Origin: Thermoanaerobaculia bacterium
GTDB lineage: Bacteria > Acidobacteriota > Thermoanaerobaculia > Multivoradales > Multivoraceae
DNA length: 64,000 bases
Reading direction: 5' to 3'
Assembly (NCBI GenBank): GCA_963666565.1
Contig: OY762911.1
Coordinates: 3,584,001-3,648,000 of the forward strand
Shown here: piece by piece, positions 9,407 to 18,409 of the stretch
How the letters are laid out: every line of letters starts with the position of its first letter
How positions within the stretch are numbered: the stretch's first letter is position 1
The notes under the pieces: generated by a model
Told to the model about the DNA's origin: nothing
The model's input: only the letters and a program-made list of their open reading frames with translations
Database searches by the model: none
Made by a program: the position numbers and the translations under genes

Positions 9407-10141
9407 CTACAGCAGGCCGCCCTCCGGCGCGGGCCGGGCGCGCTGGTTGTACAGCAGCTTCTTCAGGCGTTCGCGTTCCTCCTCGGAGAGGTTCGCGTAG
9501 TCGATCGCCTCGCCGCTCGAGACGTCCATGCCTCGCCGGACCGGCGGCCGGGCGCCGACTTCCTCGAACCAGCGCCGGAAGTACGGAAAGTCGTCGATGT
9601 CCTGCTCCTGGTCCTTCCAGCGGACCGTCCACGGGTAGCAGATCATGTCGGCGATCGTGTACTCGTCGCCGATCAGGTAGCGCCGGTCGTAGAGGCGGTT
9701 GTTCATCACGCCGTAGAGGCGGTTGACCTCGTCGGTGAAGCGGCGTACCGCGTAACTCTGGTCGCCCTCGGTATCGCGCAGGCGGCGGAAGTGCCCGCAT
9801 TCGCCGGACTTCGGCCCCTGGTTGGCCATCTGCCAGATGAGCCACTGATTCACCTCGTGGCGAGCGCGCAGCTCCCGCGGGTAGAACCGCCCGGCCTTCT
9901 CGGCGATGTACATCATGATCGCGCCGGACTCGAACAGCGCGATCGGCTCGCCGCCGTCCGCCGGCTCGCGGTCGACCATCGCCGGCATCCGGTTGTTCGG
10001 CGAGATGGCGAGGAACTCCTCCTTGAACTGGTCGCCGAAGCCGATCCGGCAGGGCACGATGCGGTAAGGCAAACCGCATTCCTCCAGCAGGATCGTGACC
10101 TTCTTGCCGTTCGGCGTCGGCCAGTAGTGCAGATCGATCAT
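9407..10141 (-). CDS. Glutathione S-transferase, Nu class (YfcG-like)
   Basis: MIDLHYWPTPNGKK, SPNNRMPA, FESGAI, EYTIADM. Confidence 0.93.
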   Translation of the reverse strand: MIDLHYWPTPNGKKVTILLEECGLPYRIVPCRIGFGDQFKEEFLAISPNNRMPAMVDREPADGGEPIALFESGAIMMYIAEKAGRFYPRELRARHEVNQWLIWQMANQGPKSGECGHFRRLRDTEGDQSYAVRRFTDEVNRLYGVMNNRLYDRRYLIGDEYTIADMICYPWTVRWKDQEQDIDDFPYFRRWFEEVGARPPVRRGMDVSSGEAIDYANLSEEERERLKKLLYNQRARPAPEGGLL

Positions 10142-10290
10142 GGCGCGGCTCCCGCTTCGGGCCGGCGACATGGACTGCCGGCCCGCGCCGGAGGATAGCG
10201 AACGCCGCCGCGCCGGGGTGGCGCGCGCGCACGCTCGGAACACGGGAATCCGGCTCGTTTTCGTCTGAGTCCAAAGGTGGACGGACCACG

Positions 10291-10320
10291 TTGACAACCT
10301 CCGGCCCCGCGAGCGACACT
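10291..10320 (+). promoter_or_regulatory. Putative sigma70-type promoter
   Basis: TTGACA-18 nt-GACACT upstream of the RBS and ATG at 10362. Confidence 0.45.
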
Positions 10321-10361
10321 ACCGAACGTGGGTTGACCGGGCGATCCAAGGGAGAGGAACC

Positions 10362-10733
10362 ATGATCCCCGCAGAACAGACGGTACTCGAGCGACTCGCT
10401 GGCGTGGAGACCACGCTGGAACACATGGCGACCAGAACCCACGTCGCAGCCATCGAAGCGCGGCTCGCCAGCGTCGAGACCACGCTGGAACACATGGCGA
10501 CCAGAACCCACGTCGCAGCCATCGAAGCGCGACTCGCCAGCGTCGAGACCGCTCTGAAACACATGGCGACCCAGGCCGATCTCGTAGCCGTCGAGGCGCG
10601 CATCGGGGCGATCGAGGCCACCATCGGCACGGCGGCCTGGGGGTTCGGCGTCGCGCTGGCGGCGGTCACCGCGCTCCTGGCCGGGCTGCAGGTCTACTAC
10701 GGCAGCCGCCGCGGCGCCGCGTCCGCCGCCTGA
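10362..10733 (+). CDS. Small coiled-coil protein with 23-aa tandem repeats and C-terminal TM helix (DUF1640/CCDC90-like)
   Basis: About 3 copies of RLASVETTLEHMATRTHVAAIEA (69-bp unit), hydrophobic C-terminal anchor, RBS GGAGAGGA. Confidence 0.8.
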   Translation: MIPAEQTVLERLAGVETTLEHMATRTHVAAIEARLASVETTLEHMATRTHVAAIEARLASVETALKHMATQADLVAVEARIGAIEATIGTAAWGFGVALAAVTALLAGLQVYYGSRRGAASAA

Positions 10734-10910
10734 CCGACCACGACGGCCAAGCGTCGTCCCGCAGGGCGCCGGAGCGCGATACGCTGTCGGCTCACCAGCC
10801 AGCGCGGCGGAAGCCGGCGCCCTGCGCCGGATGCTGGTGGGAAGCCGGCGCGTCTCGTCTTCTGCCACGCGGGCTCATCGCCCCGGAGGGGGCGCGACAG
10901 GAGGAACGCC

Positions 10911-11519
10911 GTGCAGAACAGGACGACCGCAGCAGCAACGATCGGCGCTCTGGCCCTTGCCTCCCTGGCGGCTTCGGCGCTGGCGGAACCGGCAGACGCC
11001 GACGCCCAGCTCGCCGCCGCCGTCCAGGCGGCGCCGGACGACCGGCGGGCCGGCGCGCGGGTGCTCGGCTGGACCGGCGACGGCAAGGTGGTCGAGCTTC
11101 GCGCCGGCAGCAACGACCTCGTCTGCCTGGCCGCCCGGCCGGGCCAGGCGCAGTGGAGCGTCGCCTGCTACCACGAGTCGCTGGATCCGTTCATGGCCCG
11201 GGGCCGCGAACTGACGGCCCAGGGAATCGAAGGCCAGGAACGAATCGACATCCGCGAACGGGAGATCGCCGAGGGCAGGCTGCCGATGCCGCGCCAACCG
11301 CGCACCCTGTACGTGCTCCACGGCAGCGGCTTCGACGCCGAGGCCGGCGAGGTGATCGACCCCTACCTGCGCTGGGTGATCTACACGCCCTACGCCACCG
11401 CCGAGTCGACCGGACTGACGACCCGGCCCGTCGCCGGCGCGCCCTGGCTGATGTTCCCCGGCACGGCGGGGGCGCATGTGATGATCAACCCGCCCCGCCC
11501 GGACGCCGGCGACCGATGA
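10911..11519 (+). CDS. Secreted hypothetical protein
   Basis: RBS AGGAGG, signal peptide ending ASALA, Cys pair and PWLMFPGTAGAHVM motif; host-like codon use. Confidence 0.82.
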   Translation: MQNRTTAAATIGALALASLAASALAEPADADAQLAAAVQAAPDDRRAGARVLGWTGDGKVVELRAGSNDLVCLAARPGQAQWSVACYHESLDPFMARGRELTAQGIEGQERIDIREREIAEGRLPMPRQPRTLYVLHGSGFDAEAGEVIDPYLRWVIYTPYATAESTGLTTRPVAGAPWLMFPGTAGAHVMINPPRPDAGDR

Positions 11520-11601
11520 GGCGCTTCCCGCACAGGCGGCGGCGCCCCGGCGCCCACGTCATGGTCGCGGCCACCTCCGAACCCCGCCCCGGCAGCGGCT
11601 C

Positions 11602-12510
11602 GTGAGCACCGCCTTCAGCGACAGTCCCTTCCGGGACATCGTCGGGCCGTCTTCCCAGTTCTACATCTCGCAGCGGCTCCGGCTCCACTACCTGAACTGG
11701 GGCAACGAGGACAAGCCGCCGCTGGTGCTGATCCACGGCGGCCGCGACCACGCCCACAACTGGGACTGGGTGGCGAACGCGCTCCGCCGCGACTACCACA
11801 TCGTAGCCCCCGACCTGCGCGGCCACGGCGACAGCGAGTGGGCGATCGGCGGCATGTACGCGATCACCGACTTCGTCCTCGACATCGCGCAACTGCTCGA
11901 GGCGCTCGACCGCTTTCCGGTACGCATCGTCGCCCACTCGCTGGGCGCGAACATCGCGCTGCACTACACGGGTCTCTATCCGGAGAACGTCCACAAACTC
12001 GTCGCCATCGAGGGCATGGGGCCGCCGCCGAGAACGCTGGCCGAACGGCGCTCCCACACGGTCGACGAGCGGATGCGAGGCTGGATCGGCTACATGCAGA
12101 AGCTCGCCGGACGGCGGCCGCGGCGCTACCCGTCGCTCGACGCGGCGGCCGAACGGATGCAGGAGGTCAACAGCTTCCTGAGCGCGGAACAGGCGCGCCA
12201 CCTCACGGTCAACGGCATGGCGCGCAACGAAGACGGCACCTACTCCTGGAAGTTCGACAACTACGTTCGCGCCATCCCGCCGTACCAGCCCGCCGAGGAG
12301 GAACTCCGCAACATCTGGGGGCGGATCACCTGCTCGACTCTTCTGGTGCGCGGCACGGAGAGCTGGGCCAGCGACCCCGTCGAGGACGGCCGGATCGGCG
12401 CGTTCCGCAGCGCGGAACTGCGCAACTTCGAGGGCGCCGGCCACTGGGTCCATCACGACCAGCTCGACGAGTTCGTGGCCGTGACCCGGGCGTTTCTCGA
12501 AGACGACTGA
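11602..12510 (+). CDS. Alpha/beta hydrolase
   Basis: LIHGG, PDLRGHGDS, AHSLG nucleophile elbow, GAGHWVH. Confidence 0.93.
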   Translation: MSTAFSDSPFRDIVGPSSQFYISQRLRLHYLNWGNEDKPPLVLIHGGRDHAHNWDWVANALRRDYHIVAPDLRGHGDSEWAIGGMYAITDFVLDIAQLLEALDRFPVRIVAHSLGANIALHYTGLYPENVHKLVAIEGMGPPPRTLAERRSHTVDERMRGWIGYMQKLAGRRPRRYPSLDAAAERMQEVNSFLSAEQARHLTVNGMARNEDGTYSWKFDNYVRAIPPYQPAEEELRNIWGRITCSTLLVRGTESWASDPVEDGRIGAFRSAELRNFEGAGHWVHHDQLDEFVAVTRAFLEDD

Positions 12511-12528
12511 CGCCGAAGGAGATTCGTC

Positions 12529-13821
12529 ATGACCTCGACCGACACCGCCGCCGGAACCGCCGCCGGAACCACCGTCGAGGCCGCGACCGCGCCGAAGGCG
12601 GCGCCGGTCCGGGCCGGCCAGCGGATCGCCGCCATCGACGTCCTGCGCGGCTTCGCGGTGCTGGGCATCCTGGTGATGAACGTGCAGAGCTACTCGATGA
12701 TCGAGGCGGCGTATCTGAACCCCGCCGCCAACGACTGGGGCGCCGGCGCCGGCTACTGGGCCTGGCTCTTCGCGCACCTGTTCTTCGACATGAAGTTCAT
12801 CTCCATCTTCTCCGCCTTGTTCGGCGCCGGGATGGCGCTGATGGCCGAGCGGGCCGCCGCCCGCGGCGCCTCGGCGACGGGCGTTCACTACCGCCGGCAG
12901 TTCTGGCTGCTGCTCATCGGCCTCGCCCACGCCCACCTGATCTGGTACGGCGACATCCTGGTCCCCTACGCCCTGTGCGGCTTCCTGCTCTACAGCCTGC
13001 GCAACCTGAGCCCGACGAAGCTGCTGATCGGCGGCTTCGCGATGACGGCCGCGCCGGTGGCCTTCTTCCTCCTGACCGGCCTGTCGATTCCCTCCATGCC
13101 GGCCGAAGCCCAGGCCCAGTTCGCCGGCGACTGGGCGCCGGCGGCGGCCGCCGTCGAGGCCGAGATCGCCACCTACCGCGGAAGCTGGCTCACCCAGCTT
13201 CCGCACCGGAGCGCCACCGCCCTGGGCGCCGAGACCTTCGTCTTCCTCGTGCTGTTCTTCTGGCGCAGCGGCGGCCTGATGCTCGTGGGGATGGGCCTCT
13301 ACAAGCTCGGCGTGTTCTCCGCCCGCCGCTCGCCGGCGTTCTACCGGCGCCTTCTGGCCTGGAGCTTCGGCGCCGGCATGCCGATCGTCATCCTCGGCGC
13401 CGCGTTCAACACGCGGCACGGCTTCGCCTTCGAGCACTCCATGTTCCAGGGGATGGTCTTCAACCTGGTCGGCGCGACGATCGTCTTTCTCGGCTACGTC
13501 GCGCTCGTCATGCTGGCCGTTCTTCACGGCTGGCTGCCCGGCCTCCAGCGCCGGCTCCAGGCGGTGGGGCGGATGGCGCTGTCGAACTACATCAGCCAGA
13601 GCGTCATCTGCACGCTCATCTTCTACGGCCACGGCCTGGGCCTGTTCGAGCAGGTCGGCCGCCTCGGCCAGCTCGGCATCGTGGCGGCGATCTGGGCGGC
13701 CCAGCTCGTCTGGTCGCCCTGGTGGCTGGAGCGCTACCGCTTCGGGCCGCTGGAGTGGCTGTGGCGCACTCTCACCTACATGAAGTTCCAGCCGCTGCGC
13801 GCGCGGAGGGTCGCGGCCTGA
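12529..13821 (+). CDS. DUF418 (YeiB-like) integral membrane protein
   Basis: IDVLRGFAVLGI, WYGDIL, GRMALSNY, GPLEWLWR. Confidence 0.92.
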   Translation: MTSTDTAAGTAAGTTVEAATAPKAAPVRAGQRIAAIDVLRGFAVLGILVMNVQSYSMIEAAYLNPAANDWGAGAGYWAWLFAHLFFDMKFISIFSALFGAGMALMAERAAARGASATGVHYRRQFWLLLIGLAHAHLIWYGDILVPYALCGFLLYSLRNLSPTKLLIGGFAMTAAPVAFFLLTGLSIPSMPAEAQAQFAGDWAPAAAAVEAEIATYRGSWLTQLPHRSATALGAETFVFLVLFFWRSGGLMLVGMGLYKLGVFSARRSPAFYRRLLAWSFGAGMPIVILGAAFNTRHGFAFEHSMFQGMVFNLVGATIVFLGYVALVMLAVLHGWLPGLQRRLQAVGRMALSNYISQSVICTLIFYGHGLGLFEQVGRLGQLGIVAAIWAAQLVWSPWWLERYRFGPLEWLWRTLTYMKFQPLRARRVAA

Positions 13822-13875
13822 GGCGCGCGACGGGTGGCCGACTCGCGCTCGCCGCTTCGCGGCATCGCGCCCGGT

Positions 13876-13898
13876 GCGGGCCAGAAGGCCCGCGCACC
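13876..13898. repeat. REP-like family A unit with compensatory stem change
   Basis: GCGGGCC-AGAA-GGCCCGC-GCACC: a T-A pair of the consensus is replaced by C-G. Confidence 0.8.
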
Positions 13899-13969
13899 GA
13901 CTGGCGGCGGTTACGATGGAGCATTACCCTCCCCGCGGCGACCGCCGCCGCCCCGGAACAGGAGCCGTC

Positions 13970-14476
13970 ATGATTCGATCCACCACCGCCGCCGTTCCGT
14001 TCACCTTCTTCGCCGTGGCCGTGCTGGCCTCAGGAGGCGCCGCCATGGGCCAGATCGCACCCGAACCCGAACAGATTCAGGAACTCCTGGAGGGACCGGC
14101 CGAGGGTCCGGTCGTCATGGTCAACCTCCTGCGGTTCAAGAAGGAGGCCGACGCTCCCGACGAGGGCCTCACCGGAGAGGAGGCCTACGGGAGGTACGGC
14201 GCCCAGATGGTCCAGTGGGTCACCTCGCAGGGCGCCCGGCTGATCTGGTCCGGCCGGGTCGACTCGATGGTCATCGGCGACACGGACGAGTACTTCCACA
14301 CGATCGCCCTGATGGAGTATCCCTCGCGCGCCGAGTTCCTCCGCATCGTCGGCGACCCGCGGGTCGCGGAGTACTCCGTTCACCGCACCGCGGGGCTCGA
14401 CATGCAGTGGCTGATCGCCACGACAACCATGGCCGAGATCGCCCAGGCGCCGGCGGACGAAGGGGCCGACGACTAG
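13970..14476 (+). CDS. DUF1330 family protein with N-terminal signal-like extension
   Basis: PVVMVNLLRFK, EAYGRYG, LMEYPSRAEF, HRTAGL. Confidence 0.82.
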   Translation: MIRSTTAAVPFTFFAVAVLASGGAAMGQIAPEPEQIQELLEGPAEGPVVMVNLLRFKKEADAPDEGLTGEEAYGRYGAQMVQWVTSQGARLIWSGRVDSMVIGDTDEYFHTIALMEYPSRAEFLRIVGDPRVAEYSVHRTAGLDMQWLIATTTMAEIAQAPADEGADD

Positions 14477-14484
14477 CTTCCGCC

Positions 14485-14622
14485 GGGTGCGCGGGTCTTC
14501 CGACCCGCTGCCGCCGAGGGCGGCCCTCGGAATCGTCGCCGGCCTTTGGCCGGCGGCCATGCCGTCCGGTCTGCGCCGCTCCGCGGCGCCGCCAGAGGGC
14601 GGGTCGGAAGACCCGCGCACCC
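14485..14622. repeat. 138-bp REPIN-like doublet (two inverted family A units)
   Basis: GGGTGCGCGGGTCTTCCGACCCGC at 14485-14508 and its exact reverse complement at 14599-14622; body homologous to 30550-30687. Confidence 0.92.
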
Positions 14623-14702
14623 GGCGTCTCTCGGCTGGGTTACACTGCGCGTGGCGCAGCCCACCGCTGACAACACCCACTGAGGCGAAGGAGATTCCGG
14701 AT

Positions 14703-15239
14703 ATGCGTTCGAAGAACCTGGCGGCGACGCTCGCGGCCGCCGTCGTGCTCGCCGCCTGCTCGTTCGTCGCCGCGGCGCCGGTCGCGGCTTCCGAGCACGA
14801 GGAGCCGGTCGGGAACCTGGCCGAGTTGATGCGCGCGATCCTGTTCCCGAACTCGAACTTCCTCTTCGACGTGCAGATGACGGATCCGGGAAGCCCGCCG
14901 GAGGCCGGCGGCGAGGGCGACGGCAACGTCTCGTCCCTGTTCTCGGGGATCTACACCGGCTGGCAGGTGCCGCAGCAGGCGGCGCTGGCTCTGGCCGAGG
15001 TCGAGCCCCTCGTCATGAATCCGGACCGGATGTGCCAGAACGGCACGCCCGCGCCAGTCGGCAACGAGGACTACCGGAAGTACGCGAAGCAGTTGACAGA
15101 GGTGGCGAAGGAGATCTACGCGGCCGCCCACGAGGAAGATCGCGAGAAGGTGAGCGACCTGACGAACGCGCTGGCCGGCGCCTGCGAGGACTGCCACGCG
15201 ATCTACCGGCGCTACCCGGAATCGAGCCGCTGCAAGTAG
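14703..15239 (+). CDS. Periplasmic class II cytochrome c (c'/c556-like four-helix bundle)
   Basis: Signal peptide, single CEDCH near the C-terminus, Met in the first helix (ELMRAIL), RBS AAGGAG. Confidence 0.8.
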   Translation: MRSKNLAATLAAAVVLAACSFVAAAPVAASEHEEPVGNLAELMRAILFPNSNFLFDVQMTDPGSPPEAGGEGDGNVSSLFSGIYTGWQVPQQAALALAEVEPLVMNPDRMCQNGTPAPVGNEDYRKYAKQLTEVAKEIYAAAHEEDREKVSDLTNALAGACEDCHAIYRRYPESSRCK

Positions 15240-15306
15240 CCGCTGGCGATCGCATCCGCCGCCCGCCAGCGCAACGCCGCAACCTCCGAGAACGCCCCGG
15301 CTCCCG

Positions 15307-15834
15307 ATGATCCGCAGCGCCTTCGAGTGGGTCGACGCGCTTCCCAGCAGCATCGCGCTGCGGGAGTCGCTGAACGCGTACCCGACCCTGCTGACGATTC
15401 ACGTCGTCAGCATGTGCCTGTTCGCCGGCCTGATCGCCTTCTGGGACATGCGCCTCGTCGGGCTGACGCTCAGGAAAGTGCCGGTGTCCAACATCCCGAC
15501 CCGCCTCTTCCCGTGGGCGCTGACCGGCTACGGCATCAACCTGATCACCGGCGGCCTCCTGCTCTACAGCCAGCCGATGCGCTACTTCGGCAACTTCTAC
15601 TTCTGGGCGAAGATGGCGTTGATGGTGCTCGCCGGCATCAACATGTTCTGGTTCCACTACGCGACCTACAAGTCGGTCCAGGCGTGGGACCAGGGCCGGG
15701 AGATCCCGCTCAACGCCCGGCTCGCCGGCGTCGTCTCCCTGGCGCTGTGGGCGGCGGTGGTCGTCACCGGCCGGATGATGGCCTACAGCGGCCTGATGCC
15801 CCAGTGGTGGAACAACCTGAACATCGGCGCCTGA
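15307..15834 (+). CDS. DUF6644-like membrane protein
   Basis: 4 TM helices; IHVV, DMRLVG, TGGLLL, FWAKM, SLALW and GRMMAY motifs. Confidence 0.8.
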   Translation: MIRSAFEWVDALPSSIALRESLNAYPTLLTIHVVSMCLFAGLIAFWDMRLVGLTLRKVPVSNIPTRLFPWALTGYGINLITGGLLLYSQPMRYFGNFYFWAKMALMVLAGINMFWFHYATYKSVQAWDQGREIPLNARLAGVVSLALWAAVVVTGRMMAYSGLMPQWWNNLNIGA

Positions 15835-15858
15835 CGAGGCCGCGGAGGAAACGTCCAC

Positions 15859-16332
15859 ATGATGCAGTCCTTCTTCGAGTGGATGCAGGGCCTGCCCTTC
15901 AGCGCCTGGATGCTGGAAGAGACCTGGGCGTCGCCGATCATCCAGTGCGCGCACCTCGTCGCCCTGGTGGCGTTCGCCGGCGCCGTGCTCCTCGTCGACA
16001 TGCGCCTGCTCGGCCGCGGCCTGATCCGGACGCCTCTCAACCAGCTTGCCCGCGAGGCCGACCGCTGGATGATCTGGAGTTTCGTCGCCCTGTTCATCAC
16101 CGGCGCGCCGCAGGTGCTGTCCACGGCACTGAAGCAGTACTACAGCCCGTTCTTCTGGTGGAAGATGCAGATCGTCCTGATCGGACTCGTCTTCACCTTC
16201 ACGATCCGCCGCCGGGTCGTACTCGCAGAAGAAGGCACGCTCGGGCACTGGCCGAAGGTGGTCGGCTTCCTCTCGATCGGCATGTGGACCGGCGTCTCCG
16301 TCTACGCCCGGCTGATCGGGCTGCTGTCCTGA
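15859..16332 (+). CDS. DUF6644-like membrane protein (paralogue)
   Basis: AHLV, DMRLLG, FWWKM, SIGMW, ARLIG; colinear with the upstream paralogue; RBS GGAGG. Confidence 0.8.
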   Translation: MMQSFFEWMQGLPFSAWMLEETWASPIIQCAHLVALVAFAGAVLLVDMRLLGRGLIRTPLNQLAREADRWMIWSFVALFITGAPQVLSTALKQYYSPFFWWKMQIVLIGLVFTFTIRRRVVLAEEGTLGHWPKVVGFLSIGMWTGVSVYARLIGLLS

Positions 16333-18326
16333 GCCCCCGTTCCTGCCGCGCCGTGGCTGCGGCAGCGCTCGCCGCCACGCTCTTCTGTCCACCTCTCCCC
16401 GGGCAGACCGGAGCTTCCGACGACTGGCCCACGTTCGGCGGCGATCCCGGCAACAGCAAGTACTCGACGCTCGACGAGATCGACCGCGACAACTTCCAGG
16501 ACGTGGAGATCGCCTGGCGCTGGCGCTCGATCGCCGCGGACACCGAAGTCCCGGACAACGTCCGGCGCGGCCAGTTCAAGACGATCCCGATCGAGGTCGG
16601 CGGCCGCGTCTTCGTCGCCACGTCGCTTAGCCAGGTCGCCGCGATCGACGCCGGCAGCAGCGAGACGATCTGGACTTACGACCCGGAAAGCTGGCGCGCC
16701 GGACGGCCGGCGAACCTCGGCTTCCACCACCGCGGAGTCGCCTGGTGGACGGACGGCGAACGCGAGCGGATCCTGATTCCGACACACGACCGTCGGCTGG
16801 TCTCACTCGACGCCGCGACTGGAGAGCCCGATCCCGACTTCGGCGACGGCGGCGCGGTCGAGATGACGCCGCACCTGGGTCGCGAGGTGATGGAGCGCCT
16901 GACGACGCACAGTTCGCCGCCGGCAGTCTGCGGCAACACCGTGATCGTCGGCTCGATCGTGGCGGACTTCGCAACTCACAAGGAAGCGCCGCCCGGCTTC
17001 GTGCGCGCGTATGACATCCCGACCGGCGAACTCGCCTGGGTCTTCCACACCATCCCGCAGAACGACGAACTCGGCGTCGAAACCTGGGAGGACGAGTCGT
17101 GGCGCTACAGCGGCAACACGAACGTCTGGTCCATGATCGCGGTCGACGAGGAGGCGGGAACCGCCTACCTGCCGGTCGGCACGCCGACGAACGATCTCTA
17201 CGGCGGCCACCGGCTCGGCGACAACCTCTACGCCGAGAGCATCGTCGCGGTCGACTGCGAGACCGGCCGGCGCCAGTGGCACTACCAGTTCGTCCACCAC
17301 GGCCTGTGGGACTACGATCCGCCCACCGCTCCCAACCTGTTCGAGGCGACCGTGGAGGGCAAGCGGGTGCGCGGCGTGGTCCAGGTCACCAAGCAGGCCT
17401 TCGCCTTCGTCTTCGACCGGGAGACCGGCAAGCCGGTGTGGGAGATCGAGGAACGCGAGGTGCCGCCAAGCGACGTGCCGGGCGAGCGTGCCGCCCCGAC
17501 CCAGCCCTTCCCGACCCGGCCGGCCGCCTTCGACCGCCAGGGCATCACCGAGGACGACCTGATCGACTGGACGCCCGAACTCCGCGCCGAGGCGATCGAG
17601 ATCGCGGCCGACTACGACCTGGTGCCGCTCTACACGCCGCCGCGCTTCGAGGAGGCGGGCAAGCCGACGATCCAGATGCCGGCCGACGGCGGCGGCGCCA
17701 ACTGGACCGGCGCCGCGGTCGATCCCGAATCCGGGATCCTCTACGTCGTCTCGCATACCCGTGCGGCCAGCGTCTCCCTGACCAGGCCGGATCCCAACCG
17801 CTCCGACCTGAACTTCGTGCCGGATCGTTGGTACCGGACCGTCGAGGGGCCGCGTGGGCTGCCCCTGGTCAAGCCGCCGTACGGGCGGATCACGGCGATC
17901 GATCTGAACACCGGCGAACACCTGTGGATGGTCCCGCACGGCGTCGGTCCGGTGAACCATCCGGCCATCGCCGACCTCGAACTTGGACGGATCGGGGTCG
18001 CCAATCACACCGCGGCGCCCCTGGTCACGCCCACCCTGCTCTTCGTCACGGCCGCCCCGGAACGCACCGCCGATCCCGAGGCCGACGAACCCGACGTGCC
18101 GCCGGAGATCAGCGTCTACGACAAGAAGACCGGCGAGTACCTCGGTGGAATCGAGTTACCGGGCACCCCGAACTCGAACCCCATCATCTACGAACACGGC
18201 GGCCGGCAGTACCTGGCCGTCGCCACCGGCGGCGGCCGCTTCGGCATCGGCGGCGGCGGAACGCCCCCCGAACTCGTCGCCCTGGCGCTGCCGGCCGATG
18301 CCGGCGAAAGCAAGCCGGCCAAGTGA
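16329..18326 (+). CDS. PQQ-dependent dehydrogenase, glucose/quinate dehydrogenase-like, exported
   Basis: DWPTFGGD, beta-propeller Trp-docking repeats, HHGLWDYD, GGANW, PLVKPPYG. Start is CTG 16329 or GTG 16353. Confidence 0.9.
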   Translation: MSPRSCRAVAAAALAATLFCPPLPGQTGASDDWPTFGGDPGNSKYSTLDEIDRDNFQDVEIAWRWRSIAADTEVPDNVRRGQFKTIPIEVGGRVFVATSLSQVAAIDAGSSETIWTYDPESWRAGRPANLGFHHRGVAWWTDGERERILIPTHDRRLVSLDAATGEPDPDFGDGGAVEMTPHLGREVMERLTTHSSPPAVCGNTVIVGSIVADFATHKEAPPGFVRAYDIPTGELAWVFHTIPQNDELGVETWEDESWRYSGNTNVWSMIAVDEEAGTAYLPVGTPTNDLYGGHRLGDNLYAESIVAVDCETGRRQWHYQFVHHGLWDYDPPTAPNLFEATVEGKRVRGVVQVTKQAFAFVFDRETGKPVWEIEEREVPPSDVPGERAAPTQPFPTRPAAFDRQGITEDDLIDWTPELRAEAIEIAADYDLVPLYTPPRFEEAGKPTIQMPADGGGANWTGAAVDPESGILYVVSHTRAASVSLTRPDPNRSDLNFVPDRWYRTVEGPRGLPLVKPPYGRITAIDLNTGEHLWMVPHGVGPVNHPAIADLELGRIGVANHTAAPLVTPTLLFVTAAPERTADPEADEPDVPPEISVYDKKTGEYLGGIELPGTPNSNPIIYEHGGRQYLAVATGGGRFGIGGGGTPPELVALALPADAGESKPAK

Positions 18327-18409
18327 CTTCGGCGGCGCCGACGGTCCCGACGAAGGCGTTACGCTCGCGTACCGAGGCCCGAGTCCGGCAGAGCAGGAGA
18401 ACCCGAACC

